A DNA stretch of 54,572 bases from Candidatus Moraniibacteriota bacterium (GTDB lineage: Bacteria > Patescibacteriota > Minisyncoccia > Moranbacterales > GWC2-37-73), in assembly GCA_003510895.1 (NCBI GenBank), contig DOKE01000007.1, positions 7,887 through 62,458 of the forward strand, written 5' to 3'. The position numbers and the translations under genes are program-made. Below, piece after piece: positions 36,951 to 47,008 of the stretch (positions within the stretch are counted from its first letter, which is position 1; every line of letters starts with the position of its first letter). The notes under the pieces are model-generated. The model was not told the DNA's origin. It saw only the letters and a list, made by a program, of their open reading frames with translations, and searched no databases.

Positions 36951-37409
36951 TTATTTAGCGCACTTGCTTTCTGTTCTTCCTTTGGCAATTGCGTCTTGCG
37001 CAGTGGCAAAACATATCACATTTTCCGGCTTGATTTGCTTGGCCCAAGGGCAGGAGGATAGATAAAATTTGTTAGAATTTTTGCTGCCCACATAAGCGCA
37101 ATTTCCTGCGTTTGAAACAGAGGAATTTTGAAGTTCCGATTTCATTATTATAGCATCATTCTGACCACTTAAAACCTCGCCTGAAACACCAGGAGGCTCA
37201 TTTTTTGCCATTTCCCCCTCCTGAGGTGTGGATGACTGTTGTTCAATAACCAACGGTTTCTGCTGCCATTTTTGACCTTGCAGAACCCCGATTTCGAAAG
37301 AAATAGCTGAAATAAGGCAAAATCCGATAAAAATAACTATTTTTCTTTCGTTTTTTATGAAAAAATGTTTTATCCTAAATAGTATATTTTTATTTTTATC
37401 TGTTGACAT
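36951..37409 (-). CDS. Membrane-anchored protein with a C-terminal sunset/Ada-Zn-like domain
   Basis: One TM helix. C-terminal CAYVGSKNSNKFYLSSCPWAKQIKPENVICFATAQDAIAKGRTESKC matches the pattern I know as the sunset domain. Confidence 0.55.
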   Translation of the reverse strand: MSTDKNKNILFRIKHFFIKNERKIVIFIGFCLISAISFEIGVLQGQKWQQKPLVIEQQSSTPQEGEMAKNEPPGVSGEVLSGQNDAIIMKSELQNSSVSNAGNCAYVGSKNSNKFYLSSCPWAKQIKPENVICFATAQDAIAKGRTESKCAK

Positions 37410-37430
37410 TTAGGTTTATTTTGTTATAAT
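37403..37430 (+). promoter_or_regulatory. Near-consensus sigma70 promoter TTGACA-16 nt-(TGt)TATAAT upstream of rpmA
   Basis: TTGACA at 37403-37408 and TATAAT at 37425-37430, preceded by TG at 37422-37423. This leaves a ~80-nt leader before the ATG at 37520. Confidence 0.6.
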
Positions 37431-37519
37431 CCGAGAGCTGATTTAAATGGTGATTGTGGTTATGGACACAGTCTTTTTTAAAAAAAGCTTCTTATTTTTA
37501 TCAATTATAACATACAAAA

Positions 37520-37876
37520 ATGGCACATCGCAAAGCTGGTGGATCTACACAATTAGGACGTGATTCGATTTCAAAGCGTCTTGGTGTAAAAATATTCGGA
37601 AATCAAAAAGTTTCAACTGGAAATATTATCGTGCGTCAAAGAGGAACAAAATTTCATCCCGGAAAAAATGTTAAACGTTGCGGAGATGACACTTTGATGG
37701 CTATGAAAGACGGTGTTGTTGTTTTCTCAACAAAAAAAGCTGTCGCCTACACTGGAAAACTTTCCAATAGACAATATGTAAGCGTTGTCGATAAAGCTGT
37801 CCCCGCTAAAACTGCCAAGAAAACAACAGTGAAAAAAGTTTCCAAAAAGAAAACTTCAGCAAAAAAAATAATCTAA
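37520..37876 (+). CDS. rpmA: 50S ribosomal protein L27 with a Lys/Ala/Thr-rich C-terminal extension
   Basis: [27 protein letters not shown]...[14 protein letters not shown] core. The tail is [27 protein letters not shown]. Confidence 0.93.
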   Translation: MAHRKAGGSTQLGRDSISKRLGVKIFGNQKVSTGNIIVRQRGTKFHPGKNVKRCGDDTLMAMKDGVVVFSTKKAVAYTGKLSNRQYVSVVDKAVPAKTAKKTTVKKVSKKKTSAKKII

Positions 37877-37890
37877 AAATTTTTGCGAAT

Positions 37891-37935
37891 AAAAAAATCA
37901 TCGACCTTAAAACCGATGATTTTTTTATTTTTTTA
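37891..37935. terminator. Bidirectional rho-independent terminator between convergent rpmA and pyrG
   Basis: Stem ATCATCG (37897-37903) / CGATGAT (37914-37920), flanked by an A-run on the left and a T-run on the right. Confidence 0.75.
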
Positions 37936-37958
37936 TGCAATACCCAAAATACTAAAAA

Positions 37959-39602
37959 CTAATTAGAATTTTTTCTTGCTTTAGCTGCCTTGACAAACTC
38001 AAAGAAAAGAGGATGAGAATTCAGGGGGGTTGTTTTAAATTCCGGATGAAATTGAGTCGCCAAGAAAAAAGGATGTTTCTCTTTGGGAAGTTCCACGATT
38101 TCCATAAGTTTTCCATCGGGAGATTTTCCGGAAAAAATCAGTCCGGCTTTTTCAATTTTCTCAATATATTTCGGATTAACTTCCCAGCGGTGTCTGTGCC
38201 GTTCGGATATTTTGGATTTTCCATAAGCGCCAAAAGCGATAGTTCCTTTTTTCAAAAGGGCGTCATAAGCTCCAAGGCGCATCGTAGCTCCGTAATTTCT
38301 GTCTTCCAAATTCTTTTTTTGTTCCGGCATAATATCAATAACCGGATGCTTTGTGTTTCTATCGACTTCAGTGGTGTTAGCTCCCTGCATTCCTAAGATA
38401 TTTCTGGAGTATTCAATGACAGAAAGTTGCATTCCATAGCAAAGTCCAAAAAAAGGAATTTTATTTTCTCGGCAATACTGAATAGTTTTTATTTTTCCTT
38501 CAATTCCTCGAGACCCAAATCCACCCGGAACAATAATCCCGGCATATTCAGAAAGAGATTCCAATTGATTGGTTCCTTTTTCAAAAGCCTCGCTGTTTAT
38601 CCAGGCTATTTCCGGTTTAACATTGTTCTTATAACAAGCGTGCTTAATCGCCTCGATAACACTGATGTACGCATCGCCCAAAACAAAATCGCCTGTTCCA
38701 AAATATTTTCCCACAATTCCAATTTTAATTTTTTCTTTGGATGCCTTTATTCTATCCACCAAATCTTGCCAAGATTTCAAATCCGATTTTCTAGGTTTAA
38801 GTTTGAATTTTTTCAAAATCAATCGACTCAAATCGTCTCGTTCATAATTTATAGGCACTTCATATACACTTTCAATGTCCGGAGCAGAAACCACAAATTC
38901 TTGCGGTATATTGCAAAACATAGAAATTTTTTCTTTTCTTTTTTCATCCAAAAAAGTTTCGCTTCGAGCAATGATTATATCCGGTTGAATGCCGGCGCCA
39001 TTGAGAGTTCTGACAGCATATTGCGTCGGCTTGGTTTTCATTTCTCCAACCTTGCTTGGAATTGGCAAATAACTAACAAGAACAAACAAAACATCTTCCG
39101 GATTTTTTATTTTCATCATTCTGGCCGCTTCAAGAAAAAGTATGTTTTGATATTCTCCCACCGTTCCACCAATTTCAATCAAGGTTATATCCGACTTAGC
39201 TCTCTCAGAAGCTTTTTCAATTCTTTCTATTACTTCCATTGGAATATGCGGAACCACTTCAACGCATCTTCCTTTATATTCAAGATTTCTTTCTTTATTG
39301 ATAACGGTTTGATATACACTTCCAGTAGTCATATAGTTCATACTTGGAAGAGTTGTTTCCATAAATCTTTCATAATTTCCCATATCCTGATCAGTTTCGT
39401 AACCATCATCCAAGACAAAAACTTCTCCGTGTTCTGTTGGATTCATTGTTCCTGCGTCAACATTGATATAGGGATCTATTTTCAATGCCGTCACGTTATA
39501 TCCGCGCGCCTTAAGAATTGTTCCAATAGACGAAGTTGTAATTCCCTTTCCAACACCGCTCATCACTCCCCCCATCACAAAAATATATTTTCTTTTCTCC
39601 AT
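37959..39602 (-). CDS. pyrG: CTP synthase
   Basis: YIFVMGGVMSGVGKGITTSS N-terminus. C-terminal GATase with GLCYGMQ and HRHRWEVN motifs. Confidence 0.95.
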   Translation of the reverse strand: MEKRKYIFVMGGVMSGVGKGITTSSIGTILKARGYNVTALKIDPYINVDAGTMNPTEHGEVFVLDDGYETDQDMGNYERFMETTLPSMNYMTTGSVYQTVINKERNLEYKGRCVEVVPHIPMEVIERIEKASERAKSDITLIEIGGTVGEYQNILFLEAARMMKIKNPEDVLFVLVSYLPIPSKVGEMKTKPTQYAVRTLNGAGIQPDIIIARSETFLDEKRKEKISMFCNIPQEFVVSAPDIESVYEVPINYERDDLSRLILKKFKLKPRKSDLKSWQDLVDRIKASKEKIKIGIVGKYFGTGDFVLGDAYISVIEAIKHACYKNNVKPEIAWINSEAFEKGTNQLESLSEYAGIIVPGGFGSRGIEGKIKTIQYCRENKIPFFGLCYGMQLSVIEYSRNILGMQGANTTEVDRNTKHPVIDIMPEQKKNLEDRNYGATMRLGAYDALLKKGTIAFGAYGKSKISERHRHRWEVNPKYIEKIEKAGLIFSGKSPDGKLMEIVELPKEKHPFFLATQFHPEFKTTPLNSHPLFFEFVKAAKARKNSN

Positions 39603-39605
39603 AAA

Positions 39606-40043
39606 TTATTGCGCCTCTATCTTGATGGATATTTTGGCTTTAATATTAAAATCAAAAACTATCTGAGCTTCTTTTTCTCCGACATTTTTCATAGATTCAA
39701 AAATAATCGCTTTTTCTGAAACTTCAAACCCGTCTTTTTTCAAATTTTCAGCAATATTTTTCGCTGTTATAGAGCCGAATAATTTTCCGTCTTTAGCCTT
39801 AGATTTTATCACTATTTTTTTTCCATCCAACAAAGATGCCATTTTTTGAACGGCTATTTTTGCTTTTTCCTGTTCTTGCTTATTCTTAACAACTTGTTGC
39901 TCGTTTTTTCGCACAGCAGCTTCAGTGGCCATTTCGCCTAATTTTTTAGCTAAAATAAAATTTCTGGCATACCCGTCAGAAACATCTTTTATTTCGCCTT
40001 TTTTTCCTATTTTCTTCACATCTTGAAGAAGCAATATTTTCAT
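39606..40043 (-). CDS. rplI: 50S ribosomal protein L9
   Basis: [30 protein letters not shown]-type N-terminus. The ATG at 40043 is preferred over the longer ORF start at 40061. Confidence 0.9.
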   Translation of the reverse strand: [145 protein letters not shown]

Positions 40044-40100
40044 ATTTTTACAATTTCTCAATTTTAACCTTTCTTATTATATACGGTCATCCAAAATTTA

Positions 40101-40793
40101 TCAAATTCCCCTTCTTTGCCTCCTTCTTTCCGAAAAAACATACAGGAATAAAACCTGAGACGCAATGGCTTTTAAAATTTCATAGTCCTCCACTGTCTGA
40201 GAAAAATTTTTCTTTTTTAAAAATATTCCGGCTGACATATGCTCCATTTCATTCGGAGAAACAGCTAATATCCATTCGTCTGTTTCAAAAAACTTTTTAT
40301 TTTTTTTAAAAAAATATTTTTTTTCCAAACCAAACGAAACTTTTTTATTGCTTTTTATTTCCTTGATAATTTCCTGCGACTGAGTGTCTACGAAAATAAC
40401 TTCGTATTCATTCATTTTGGTTAATACCTTTATGGAGGACATTATGTATGCAAAAAGCTCCAACTCTTTTGCCAGTGTCAATTTTGACCACTCAGGAAGA
40501 CCTACTGATATATTTTTAAATATTTCCAATTTTCTGTTTATTTCTCCGATATATGAATAGGAACTGGTTAAATCTTTGGACATCCGATTAGCCTCCCGTT
40601 GAAAATGAATTTTTTCCTGCCGCTGCTGTGTTGTCTGTTTTTCCTTTATCAGATACATAAAAAATCCCAAACCCCCGATAATCAATATCAGCAGTTCCTC
40701 AATGCTTTCTTCGCGATAATTGAAAATACTTCCTTGAATTATATCAGGAATAAAAACTATCAAGATAAATAGCAACAAGTAAATCCAATACAT
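40101..40793 (-). CDS. Hypothetical membrane protein (2 N-terminal TM helices plus a cytoplasmic domain)
   Basis: ORF length and hydrophobic N-terminus only. No family recognised. Confidence 0.4.
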   Translation of the reverse strand: MYWIYLLLFILIVFIPDIIQGSIFNYREESIEELLILIIGGLGFFMYLIKEKQTTQQRQEKIHFQREANRMSKDLTSSYSYIGEINRKLEIFKNISVGLPEWSKLTLAKELELFAYIMSSIKVLTKMNEYEVIFVDTQSQEIIKEIKSNKKVSFGLEKKYFFKKNKKFFETDEWILAVSPNEMEHMSAGIFLKKKNFSQTVEDYEILKAIASQVLFLYVFSERRRQRRGI

Positions 40794-40869
40794 CTATTTT
40801 CTAATTAATTTTCAAGGCACATTCTACTACAATTAGTTTTTTTTCTTTCTTTCAAAAAAGGAATACTTG

Positions 40870-41253
40870 TTATTCCTTTTCATCGCCTTTATTGTTACGC
40901 GCAATTTCTCCCAGCATAGAGCTCATATGCTTAAGTTGCTCTTGCATCTCTTCTATTTCTCTTTCCGCCCTTTTGTCGGTATAAAGATCAATGCTGGCTT
41001 TTTTTCTGTCTTTTTCCGCCATTCTATTTTGACTCATAAGTATTATTGGCGCGGCATAGGCAGCCTGAAAACTAAGCGCCAAATTCAAAAGAATAAACGG
41101 ATACGGATCCCAATTATTAATCCAGGCTGTGATATTAAGAATAATCCAAACTATCAAAATGACAGATTGAATAAGAATAAATGCCCAACTTCCAACAACA
41201 CTGGCGATTCTGTCAGCCGCCTTTTGACCAAAAGTCGATATTTCTTGTTTCAT
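40870..41253 (-). CDS. DUF1003 family membrane protein
   Basis: ADRIASVVGSWAFILIQ...WDPYPFILLNLALSFQAAYAAPIILMSQNR matches my recollection of DUF1003. Confidence 0.7.
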   Translation of the reverse strand: MKQEISTFGQKAADRIASVVGSWAFILIQSVILIVWIILNITAWINNWDPYPFILLNLALSFQAAYAAPIILMSQNRMAEKDRKKASIDLYTDKRAEREIEEMQEQLKHMSSMLGEIARNNKGDEKE

Positions 41254-41269
41254 TTTTATTTTTAAATAA

Positions 41270-42139
41270 TTATTTTTTACAATACAATTCGTTAACGTAA
41301 TCCTTTAAGTCATCTTTCAAGTCTTCCCTGTCTGATGCGTAGGCTAAAATGGCTTTCAGATAATTTAAAGGATCTCCCGTTGTCATCCATTGTCCATCTT
41401 TTACTTCTTTAGCCAGAAAAATTCCTCCTCTATTTATATATTCTTTTATAGCGTCTACTATCCATAATTCATTTCCCTTGCCCAAAGCGGTATTTTTTAA
41501 TATATCCACCACTTCCTTATTTAATATATATCTTCCAAATCCAGCCAACCGAGAAGGAGCTTCTTCAATGGTTGGTTTCTCGATGATATCAATCATTTGA
41601 TTCGTTCCTTCTTTAAGCTTTACTATTCCATATCTTACAACATCTTTTTGTGAAACTTCCTGAACGCCCATCACAAGATTTCCGGTTTTTTCATAATCTT
41701 CAATCATTTGCTTGGTAAAGGAAGTTTTTGATTTTACCAAATCATCTCCGAAACAAAAAATAAACGGCTCATCATTAACAAGGCTAGCTGCCGACAAAAC
41801 AGGCGTTCCATTGCCATATGGTCCTTTTTGTCGCACATGAATAAAATTTGCCATCTCGGCAATATCAAGAATTTTTTTGGATAATTCTTCTTTGCCATTT
41901 TTTTTCAAATCATCTTCAAGCGCGACGCTTCGGTCAAAGTGATCTTCCAATGGTTTCTTATCCCATCGGGTAACGAAAATAATATCCTCAATTCCAGCTT
42001 CTACTAATTCTTCTACGACTAGTTGGATAATCGGTTTATCAACAATAGGGAGCATTTCTTTCGGCATAGATTTTGTCGCAGGCAACAATCTTGTTCCCGA
42101 CCCAGCGACAGCGATAACCGCTTTTCTTATTTTTTGCAT
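41270..42139 (-). CDS. galU: UTP--glucose-1-phosphate uridylyltransferase
   Basis: KAVIAVAGSGTRLLPATKSMPKEMLPIVDKPIIQ N-terminus, typical of GalU. Confidence 0.9.
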   Translation of the reverse strand: MQKIRKAVIAVAGSGTRLLPATKSMPKEMLPIVDKPIIQLVVEELVEAGIEDIIFVTRWDKKPLEDHFDRSVALEDDLKKNGKEELSKKILDIAEMANFIHVRQKGPYGNGTPVLSAASLVNDEPFIFCFGDDLVKSKTSFTKQMIEDYEKTGNLVMGVQEVSQKDVVRYGIVKLKEGTNQMIDIIEKPTIEEAPSRLAGFGRYILNKEVVDILKNTALGKGNELWIVDAIKEYINRGGIFLAKEVKDGQWMTTGDPLNYLKAILAYASDREDLKDDLKDYVNELYCKK

Positions 42140-42152
42140 AAATTTTTGAATT

Positions 42153-42965
42153 TTATTTTAATTTCTTTTTAGCCATTTCTTTTAATTCTTTGTTGAATTC
42201 AAGAATCGCCTCATCAATAATAGGGTCGAATTTCTTATGTATTTCCTTTTCTTTAACAATTTTTCCTGCCTCTAGAAGAGAATCGAAAGTTCCGGCATCC
42301 ATCCACTCCCCGGAAAGCCTATTAACCTGAAGCTCGCCCATTTCCAAATATTTTTTATTTATATCTGTAATTTCAATTTCTCCCCTGCTTGACGGTTTCA
42401 AATTTTTGGCAATTTCGATTACTCGGTTATCAAAAACATATGCTCCGGTCACGCAAAAATTGCTTTTTGGATTTTCCGGTTTTTCTTCAATGGAAATCGC
42501 TTTCCCTTTTTCATTAAATTCTATAATTCCATAACGACTCGGGTCATCTTTAATTTCTTTAGCAAAAACCATTCCGCCTTTTTCAAATCCTCGAATAGCT
42601 CCTCCCAAGTCATCCTCAAAAATATTGTCTCCTAATATCATTGCCACATTGTCCTCATCAATAAAATCTTCTCCCATAATAAAAGCGTCTGCCAAGCCTC
42701 TTGGTATTTTTTGCACCTTAAACTCAAGCCTGATTCCGTATTTATCAAAAATAGAACCTAAAAGATTAAGAAACTGTCCGCTATGTTCCGGCGCCACAAT
42801 TATCAAAACATCTTTTATTCCGGATTTAATCAACACATTCAAGGGATAGAAAATCATTTGTCGATCATAAATTGGAAGCAACTGTTTTGAAGTAGTTGCT
42901 GTCAAAGGAAAAAGTCTAGTATTAGACCCTCCTGCCAAAATTATTCCTTTCATTTTTTTTCTCAT
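42153..42965 (-). CDS. rfbA: Glucose-1-phosphate thymidylyltransferase-like sugar nucleotidyltransferase (short form)
   Basis: MKGIILAGGSNTRLFPLTATTSKQLLPIYDRQMIFYPL. The start could instead be the internal ATG at 42953. Confidence 0.8.
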   Translation of the reverse strand: MRKKMKGIILAGGSNTRLFPLTATTSKQLLPIYDRQMIFYPLNVLIKSGIKDVLIIVAPEHSGQFLNLLGSIFDKYGIRLEFKVQKIPRGLADAFIMGEDFIDEDNVAMILGDNIFEDDLGGAIRGFEKGGMVFAKEIKDDPSRYGIIEFNEKGKAISIEEKPENPKSNFCVTGAYVFDNRVIEIAKNLKPSSRGEIEITDINKKYLEMGELQVNRLSGEWMDAGTFDSLLEAGKIVKEKEIHKKFDPIIDEAILEFNKELKEMAKKKLK

Positions 42966-43006
42966 AAACTTATATAATTACCATGTTTTGAAATATGGTA
43001 ATATTT

Positions 43007-44251
43007 CTATTTTAAGTTTTTATAAATCGGAAATTTTTTGCAAAGCGCAATCACTTCTTTATGCAATGATTTCAATTTTTTATCATCATTTCTGTTTTCA
43101 ATCGTCTCTTTGATCCAGCGAGCAATAGTCCTGATTTCCTTTTCTTTCATTCCTCGACTGGTGATAGCTGGGACTCCGATACGTACGCCGCTTGGGTCCA
43201 TCGGAGAACGAGGATCATCCGGAATCATATTTTTATTCAACGTTATTCCGATTTTATCCAAAGCTTCTTCCGCTTCTTTTCCACTCACACCCTTACTTCC
43301 AAAAACATCCACCAAAACCATATGATTGTCCGTCCCGCCAAACATCAACTTAAAACCATGTTTTTTCAGTTCAATTTCCAAAACTTTCGCATTAGCAATT
43401 ATTTGTTTGGCATATTTTTGAAAAGACGGTTTCAGAGCTTCTCCAAAAGACACGGCTTTGGCGGCAATAATTTGTTCGTGCGGTCCGCCTTGAAATCCGG
43501 GAAATGTCGCTTTATCAATCGCTTGCGCATATTGTTGTTTACACATAATCATTCCTCCGCGAGGACCGCGCAAAGTTTTATGCGTTGTGGTTGTCACAAT
43601 GTCAAAATATGGCACAGGATTCGGCAAGGCTTTTCCAGCGATGAGTCCGGCGATGTGAGCAATGTCAATCATAGAAATCGCTCCCACTTTTTTGGCAATC
43701 GCGGCGAATTTTTTATAATCCAATTGTCTTGTGTAAGCGGAAAATCCGGCTAAAATCATTTGCGGTTTTTCTTTGATAGCCATTTTTTCAAGCTCCGCAT
43801 AATCAATTTTTCCAGATTTATCAGTTTTATATCGAACAAAATTATAAATCTTGGCAGAAAGAGTTACGGGATGTCCGTGTGTCAAATGACCTCCGTGAGA
43901 AAGATCCATTCCCAAAACCTTGTCACCCGGTTTCAAAACAGCGCTATAAGCAATCATATTAGCCGGCGCGCCGGAATGTGGTTGAACATTGATATGTTCC
44001 GCTCCAAAAAGTTTTTTCGCTCTTTCAATTGCCAAACTTTCCACCACATCAATATATTCTTGTCCGCCATAATATCTTTTTCCCGGATATCCTTCCGAAT
44101 ATTTGTTGGTCAAAATAGAACCCATTGCTTCCAACACCGCTTCGGAAACATAATTCTCGCTAGCAATCAATTCCATTCCCTCTTGTTGTCTTTTCAGCTC
44201 CCCTTGAATCGCCTTAAAAATTTCCGGATCTTGTTTTTTGAGATTTTTCAT
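43007..44251 (-). CDS. glyA: Serine hydroxymethyltransferase
   Basis: [11 protein letters not shown]-lysine context [14 protein letters not shown], and a 414-aa length. Confidence 0.95.
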   Translation of the reverse strand: MKNLKKQDPEIFKAIQGELKRQQEGMELIASENYVSEAVLEAMGSILTNKYSEGYPGKRYYGGQEYIDVVESLAIERAKKLFGAEHINVQPHSGAPANMIAYSAVLKPGDKVLGMDLSHGGHLTHGHPVTLSAKIYNFVRYKTDKSGKIDYAELEKMAIKEKPQMILAGFSAYTRQLDYKKFAAIAKKVGAISMIDIAHIAGLIAGKALPNPVPYFDIVTTTTHKTLRGPRGGMIMCKQQYAQAIDKATFPGFQGGPHEQIIAAKAVSFGEALKPSFQKYAKQIIANAKVLEIELKKHGFKLMFGGTDNHMVLVDVFGSKGVSGKEAEEALDKIGITLNKNMIPDDPRSPMDPSGVRIGVPAITSRGMKEKEIRTIARWIKETIENRNDDKKLKSLHKEVIALCKKFPIYKNLK

Positions 44252-44355
44252 ATTTTTTCTATAAAGTAATTATGAATTTCAAATCAATTTATATTTTAAT
44301 GATACTATTATTCAAAGAAATCGACAACCATTGACTTATTGGAAGCTATATTGTT

Positions 44356-44391
44356 CAAAAAACAGGATATAAAATTAATCATCCTGTTTTA
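44356..44391 (-). terminator. Rho-independent terminator after the rfb genes
   Basis: Stem ACAGGAT (44362-44368) / ATCCTGT (44381-44387). On the minus strand it is followed by a T-run (plus-strand A-run 44357-44361). Confidence 0.7.
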
Positions 44392-44397
44392 TAGCTT

Positions 44398-45339
44398 TTA
44401 TTTTTTCAAGTATTCCCGCAGCGCTAGCTTCCAACTACGCAGTGGATTGAGTTTGGTGTTAATCAAGGTTGAAACATAAGGTCTTTGCGCTGGTCGCGGA
44501 AATTCATCACCGGAAACCGGAACAATTTTCACTTTTATTTTAGCCTGTTTGTAAAGTTCCTTTGCCGCGTCATACCAGGTGCAAGCGTCGGAATTGGTCA
44601 CGTGATAAATTCCATACGGTTTTTCCGCTTCAATAATTTCCTTGGTTTTCTTGGCTAAATCAGGAGCGTAAGTAAAACAACTAGTTTCTTCATCCACAAC
44701 CTTAACCTCGGTCTTGTTTTTTTCCGCTTTTTTACCCACTTCCAACATCACATCAAAAAAACTCCTTTTAGCATCTTTGGATTGGGCTGGTTTTCCAAAA
44801 AGCTTGGAAAGACGAATGATATAAAACTTATCCGCAAATTTTTGAGCATTATCTTCCCCAAGCAATTTTGTTTCTCCATATTTTTGAATTGGTTCCGCCA
44901 GCGCATTTTCATCAAATCCCAATTGCGGAACAAAATTTTCGTGCAATGAACAACTGGAACAAGAATGGGTGCAGCCGGTCGGCTCGGGAATTTCCGGCAT
45001 TCCGGAAAAAACATAGTCGGAAGAATAGTGCACAAAAACAGCATCAATTTTTTTAGAAATTTTTGCCAAATATCCCGGCGCTTTACCATTGATTTCCTTG
45101 GCTTTTTTATATTCATTTTTATCTTTCTCGCAAAGATCGACTGCATTATAGGCTGCCGCATTCAAAATGATATCCGGAGCCAGTTTGGAAATTTTTTCTT
45201 CAACTTGTTTCTGATTAGTGATATCCAGTTCTTCCCGATCCCAAGCAGTCACCACGTAGTCATTATCTTGCTTGAAAATATCAACTAACTCCCGTCCCAA
45301 CATTCCCTTTGAACCTATTACTAAAATTTTTTTATTCAT
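44398..45339 (-). CDS. rfbD: dTDP-4-dehydrorhamnose reductase with a ~20-aa Cys-containing insertion
   Basis: KILVIGSKGMLGREL Rossmann start, SSDYVF and YGETKLLGE (YxxxK). The ATG at 45339 is preferred; the longer ORF uses a GTG inside rfbB. Confidence 0.85.
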   Translation of the reverse strand: MNKKILVIGSKGMLGRELVDIFKQDNDYVVTAWDREELDITNQKQVEEKISKLAPDIILNAAAYNAVDLCEKDKNEYKKAKEINGKAPGYLAKISKKIDAVFVHYSSDYVFSGMPEIPEPTGCTHSCSSCSLHENFVPQLGFDENALAEPIQKYGETKLLGEDNAQKFADKFYIIRLSKLFGKPAQSKDAKRSFFDVMLEVGKKAEKNKTEVKVVDEETSCFTYAPDLAKKTKEIIEAEKPYGIYHVTNSDACTWYDAAKELYKQAKIKVKIVPVSGDEFPRPAQRPYVSTLINTKLNPLRSWKLALREYLKK

Positions 45340-45349
45340 AATATTCAGA

Positions 45350-46351
45350 TCACTTGTTATATTGTTTTTTGTAATATTCTTGATATTCTCCACTTTTAAT
45401 TTTTTTCCACCAATCTTGATTGTCTTTATACCATTCTACTGTTCGTTTAATTCCTTCCTCAAAAGAAACCGTTGGTTCCCATCCAAGTTCATTTTTTATT
45501 TTTGTTGCGTCAATCGCATAACGCTTGTCGTGCCCCGGCCTATCTTTCACAAACTCAATCATTTCTTCACCCTTATTCATCAACTCTAAAATCTTATACG
45601 TAATTTCTTTGTTGGTTTTTTCCGAATTTCCTCCCACACAATAGGTCTCGCCGATTTTCCCTTTATGAATAATTGCATCAATTGCTCGACAATGATCGTC
45701 AACAAAAAGCCAATCGCGAATTTGCATACCATCACCATATAACGGAACTTTTTTTCCTTCCATCAAATTCGTCACAAAAAGCGGAATTAATTTTTCCGGA
45801 AAAAGATATGGTCCGTAATTATTGGAACAATTGGAAATTGTAATCGGAAGATTAAAAGTGTGATAATAGGCTCGCACCAAATGATCTGAAGCGGCTTTTG
45901 AGGCCGAATATGGACTTCTTGGATCATAGGCAGTTTCTTCATTAAATTTGGAATCATCCGGACCAAGCGAACCGAAAACCTCATCTGTGGAAATATGATG
46001 GAATCTTTTTGAATATTTTTTTGCCGCCTCAAGAAGGGTGTGTGTTCCTAGAACATTTGTTCGCAAAAAAATTTCCGGATCCATAATTGAACGATCTACG
46101 TGCGACTCTGCCGCAAAATGAACAACAATATCGCAATCCTTCACTAAGCCGTCAACTATTTCTTTGTCTGTGATGTCGCCTTTTACGAATTTGTAGTTTG
46201 AATTATTTTCCAAATCCTTCAAATTTTCCAAATTACCAGCATACGTCAAAACATCCAGATTGACAATTTTGTCTTCCAGATATTTTTTCAACCAATAATG
46301 TATAAAATTTGACCCAATAAACCCCGCCCCGCCGGTAACCAATAGTCGCAT
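45350..46351 (-). CDS. rfbB: dTDP-glucose 4,6-dehydratase
   Basis: MRLLVTGGAGFIGSNF, STDEVFG and YSASKAASDHL motifs. Confidence 0.95.
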   Translation of the reverse strand: MRLLVTGGAGFIGSNFIHYWLKKYLEDKIVNLDVLTYAGNLENLKDLENNSNYKFVKGDITDKEIVDGLVKDCDIVVHFAAESHVDRSIMDPEIFLRTNVLGTHTLLEAAKKYSKRFHHISTDEVFGSLGPDDSKFNEETAYDPRSPYSASKAASDHLVRAYYHTFNLPITISNCSNNYGPYLFPEKLIPLFVTNLMEGKKVPLYGDGMQIRDWLFVDDHCRAIDAIIHKGKIGETYCVGGNSEKTNKEITYKILELMNKGEEMIEFVKDRPGHDKRYAIDATKIKNELGWEPTVSFEEGIKRTVEWYKDNQDWWKKIKSGEYQEYYKKQYNK

Positions 46352-46372
46352 AATATTTAATTGCTTTATTTT

Positions 46373-46921
46373 TTAGAAAACAAAATCTTTTTCAATATCC
46401 TTCAATAATTTGTTTTTTGAATCCTTTTCGGAAATTATGGGATTTTCTATTTTCCAATCAATTCCAATTTCCGAATCATTCCACATAACTCCCCTTTCTG
46501 ATTCCGGATTATATATTTTTGTGCATTTGTAACTAAAAATCGTGTTATCTTCAAGAGACACAAATCCGTGAGCAAATCCCGGCGGAATCCAAAATTGTTT
46601 TTTATTTTCTTCCGATAATTCCACCGCGACATATTCTCCGAATGTCGGCGAACCAAATCGGATATCCACTGCCACATCCAAAACTTTTCCTTGTATAACT
46701 TGCACCAATTTTCCTTGCTCAAAAGGAGGCGCTTGCCAATGCAATCCGCGCAAAGCTCCCTTGGCAGATTTAGATAAATTATCCTGAACAAAATTCAAAT
46801 TGATTCCCGCTTCTTTATATCTTTTTTCATTATACGTTTCCACAAAAAAACCTCGCTTGTCGCCAAAAATCTGCGGTTCAATTATCAAAAGTCCTTCGAT
46901 TTTGGTTTTTTCCACTTTCAT
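46373..46921 (-). CDS. rfbC: dTDP-4-dehydrorhamnose 3,5-epimerase
   Basis: FGDKRGFFVETY, RGLHWQ and FWIPPGFAHGF motifs. Confidence 0.95.
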   Translation of the reverse strand: MKVEKTKIEGLLIIEPQIFGDKRGFFVETYNEKRYKEAGINLNFVQDNLSKSAKGALRGLHWQAPPFEQGKLVQVIQGKVLDVAVDIRFGSPTFGEYVAVELSEENKKQFWIPPGFAHGFVSLEDNTIFSYKCTKIYNPESERGVMWNDSEIGIDWKIENPIISEKDSKNKLLKDIEKDFVF

Positions 46922-46972
46922 ATTGTCTTTTTATTCTTATGCATTAATGCTAATACATTTTCTCAATTAACG

Positions 46973-47008
46973 CAAAAAACAGACGCCTTATGAAATAGGC
47001 GTCTGTTA
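46973..47008 (-). terminator. Rho-independent terminator downstream of the DUF4012 gene
   Basis: Stem ACAGACGCCT (46979-46988) / AGGCGTCTGT (46997-47006). On the minus strand it is followed by TTTTTTG. Confidence 0.8.

Noticed and set aside
38427-39719. 430-aa ORF on the plus strand
   Set aside because: It is entirely antisense to the well-supported pyrG and rplI genes. Its translation is low-complexity (F/S/I/N/R-rich) with no motifs. This is a typical shadow ORF in AT-rich DNA.
42966-43006. Hairpin ATTACCAT...ATGGTAAT between glyA and rfbA as a terminator
   Set aside because: The 8-bp AT-rich stem is not followed by a U-run on the transcribed (minus) strand. It may be a weak regulatory structure, but there is not enough evidence to call it a feature.
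43760-44269. 169-aa plus-strand ORF (and 43322-43753, 143 aa)
   Set aside because: Antisense to glyA, with no recognisable motifs. Shadow ORFs.
45340-45393. Longer rfbD start (GTG at 45393) overlapping rfbB by 44 nt
   Set aside because: The extension uses a GTG codon inside the rfbB C-terminal coding region and adds 18 residues before the Rossmann fold. The ATG at 45339 gives the canonical MNKKILVIGSKG N-terminus.
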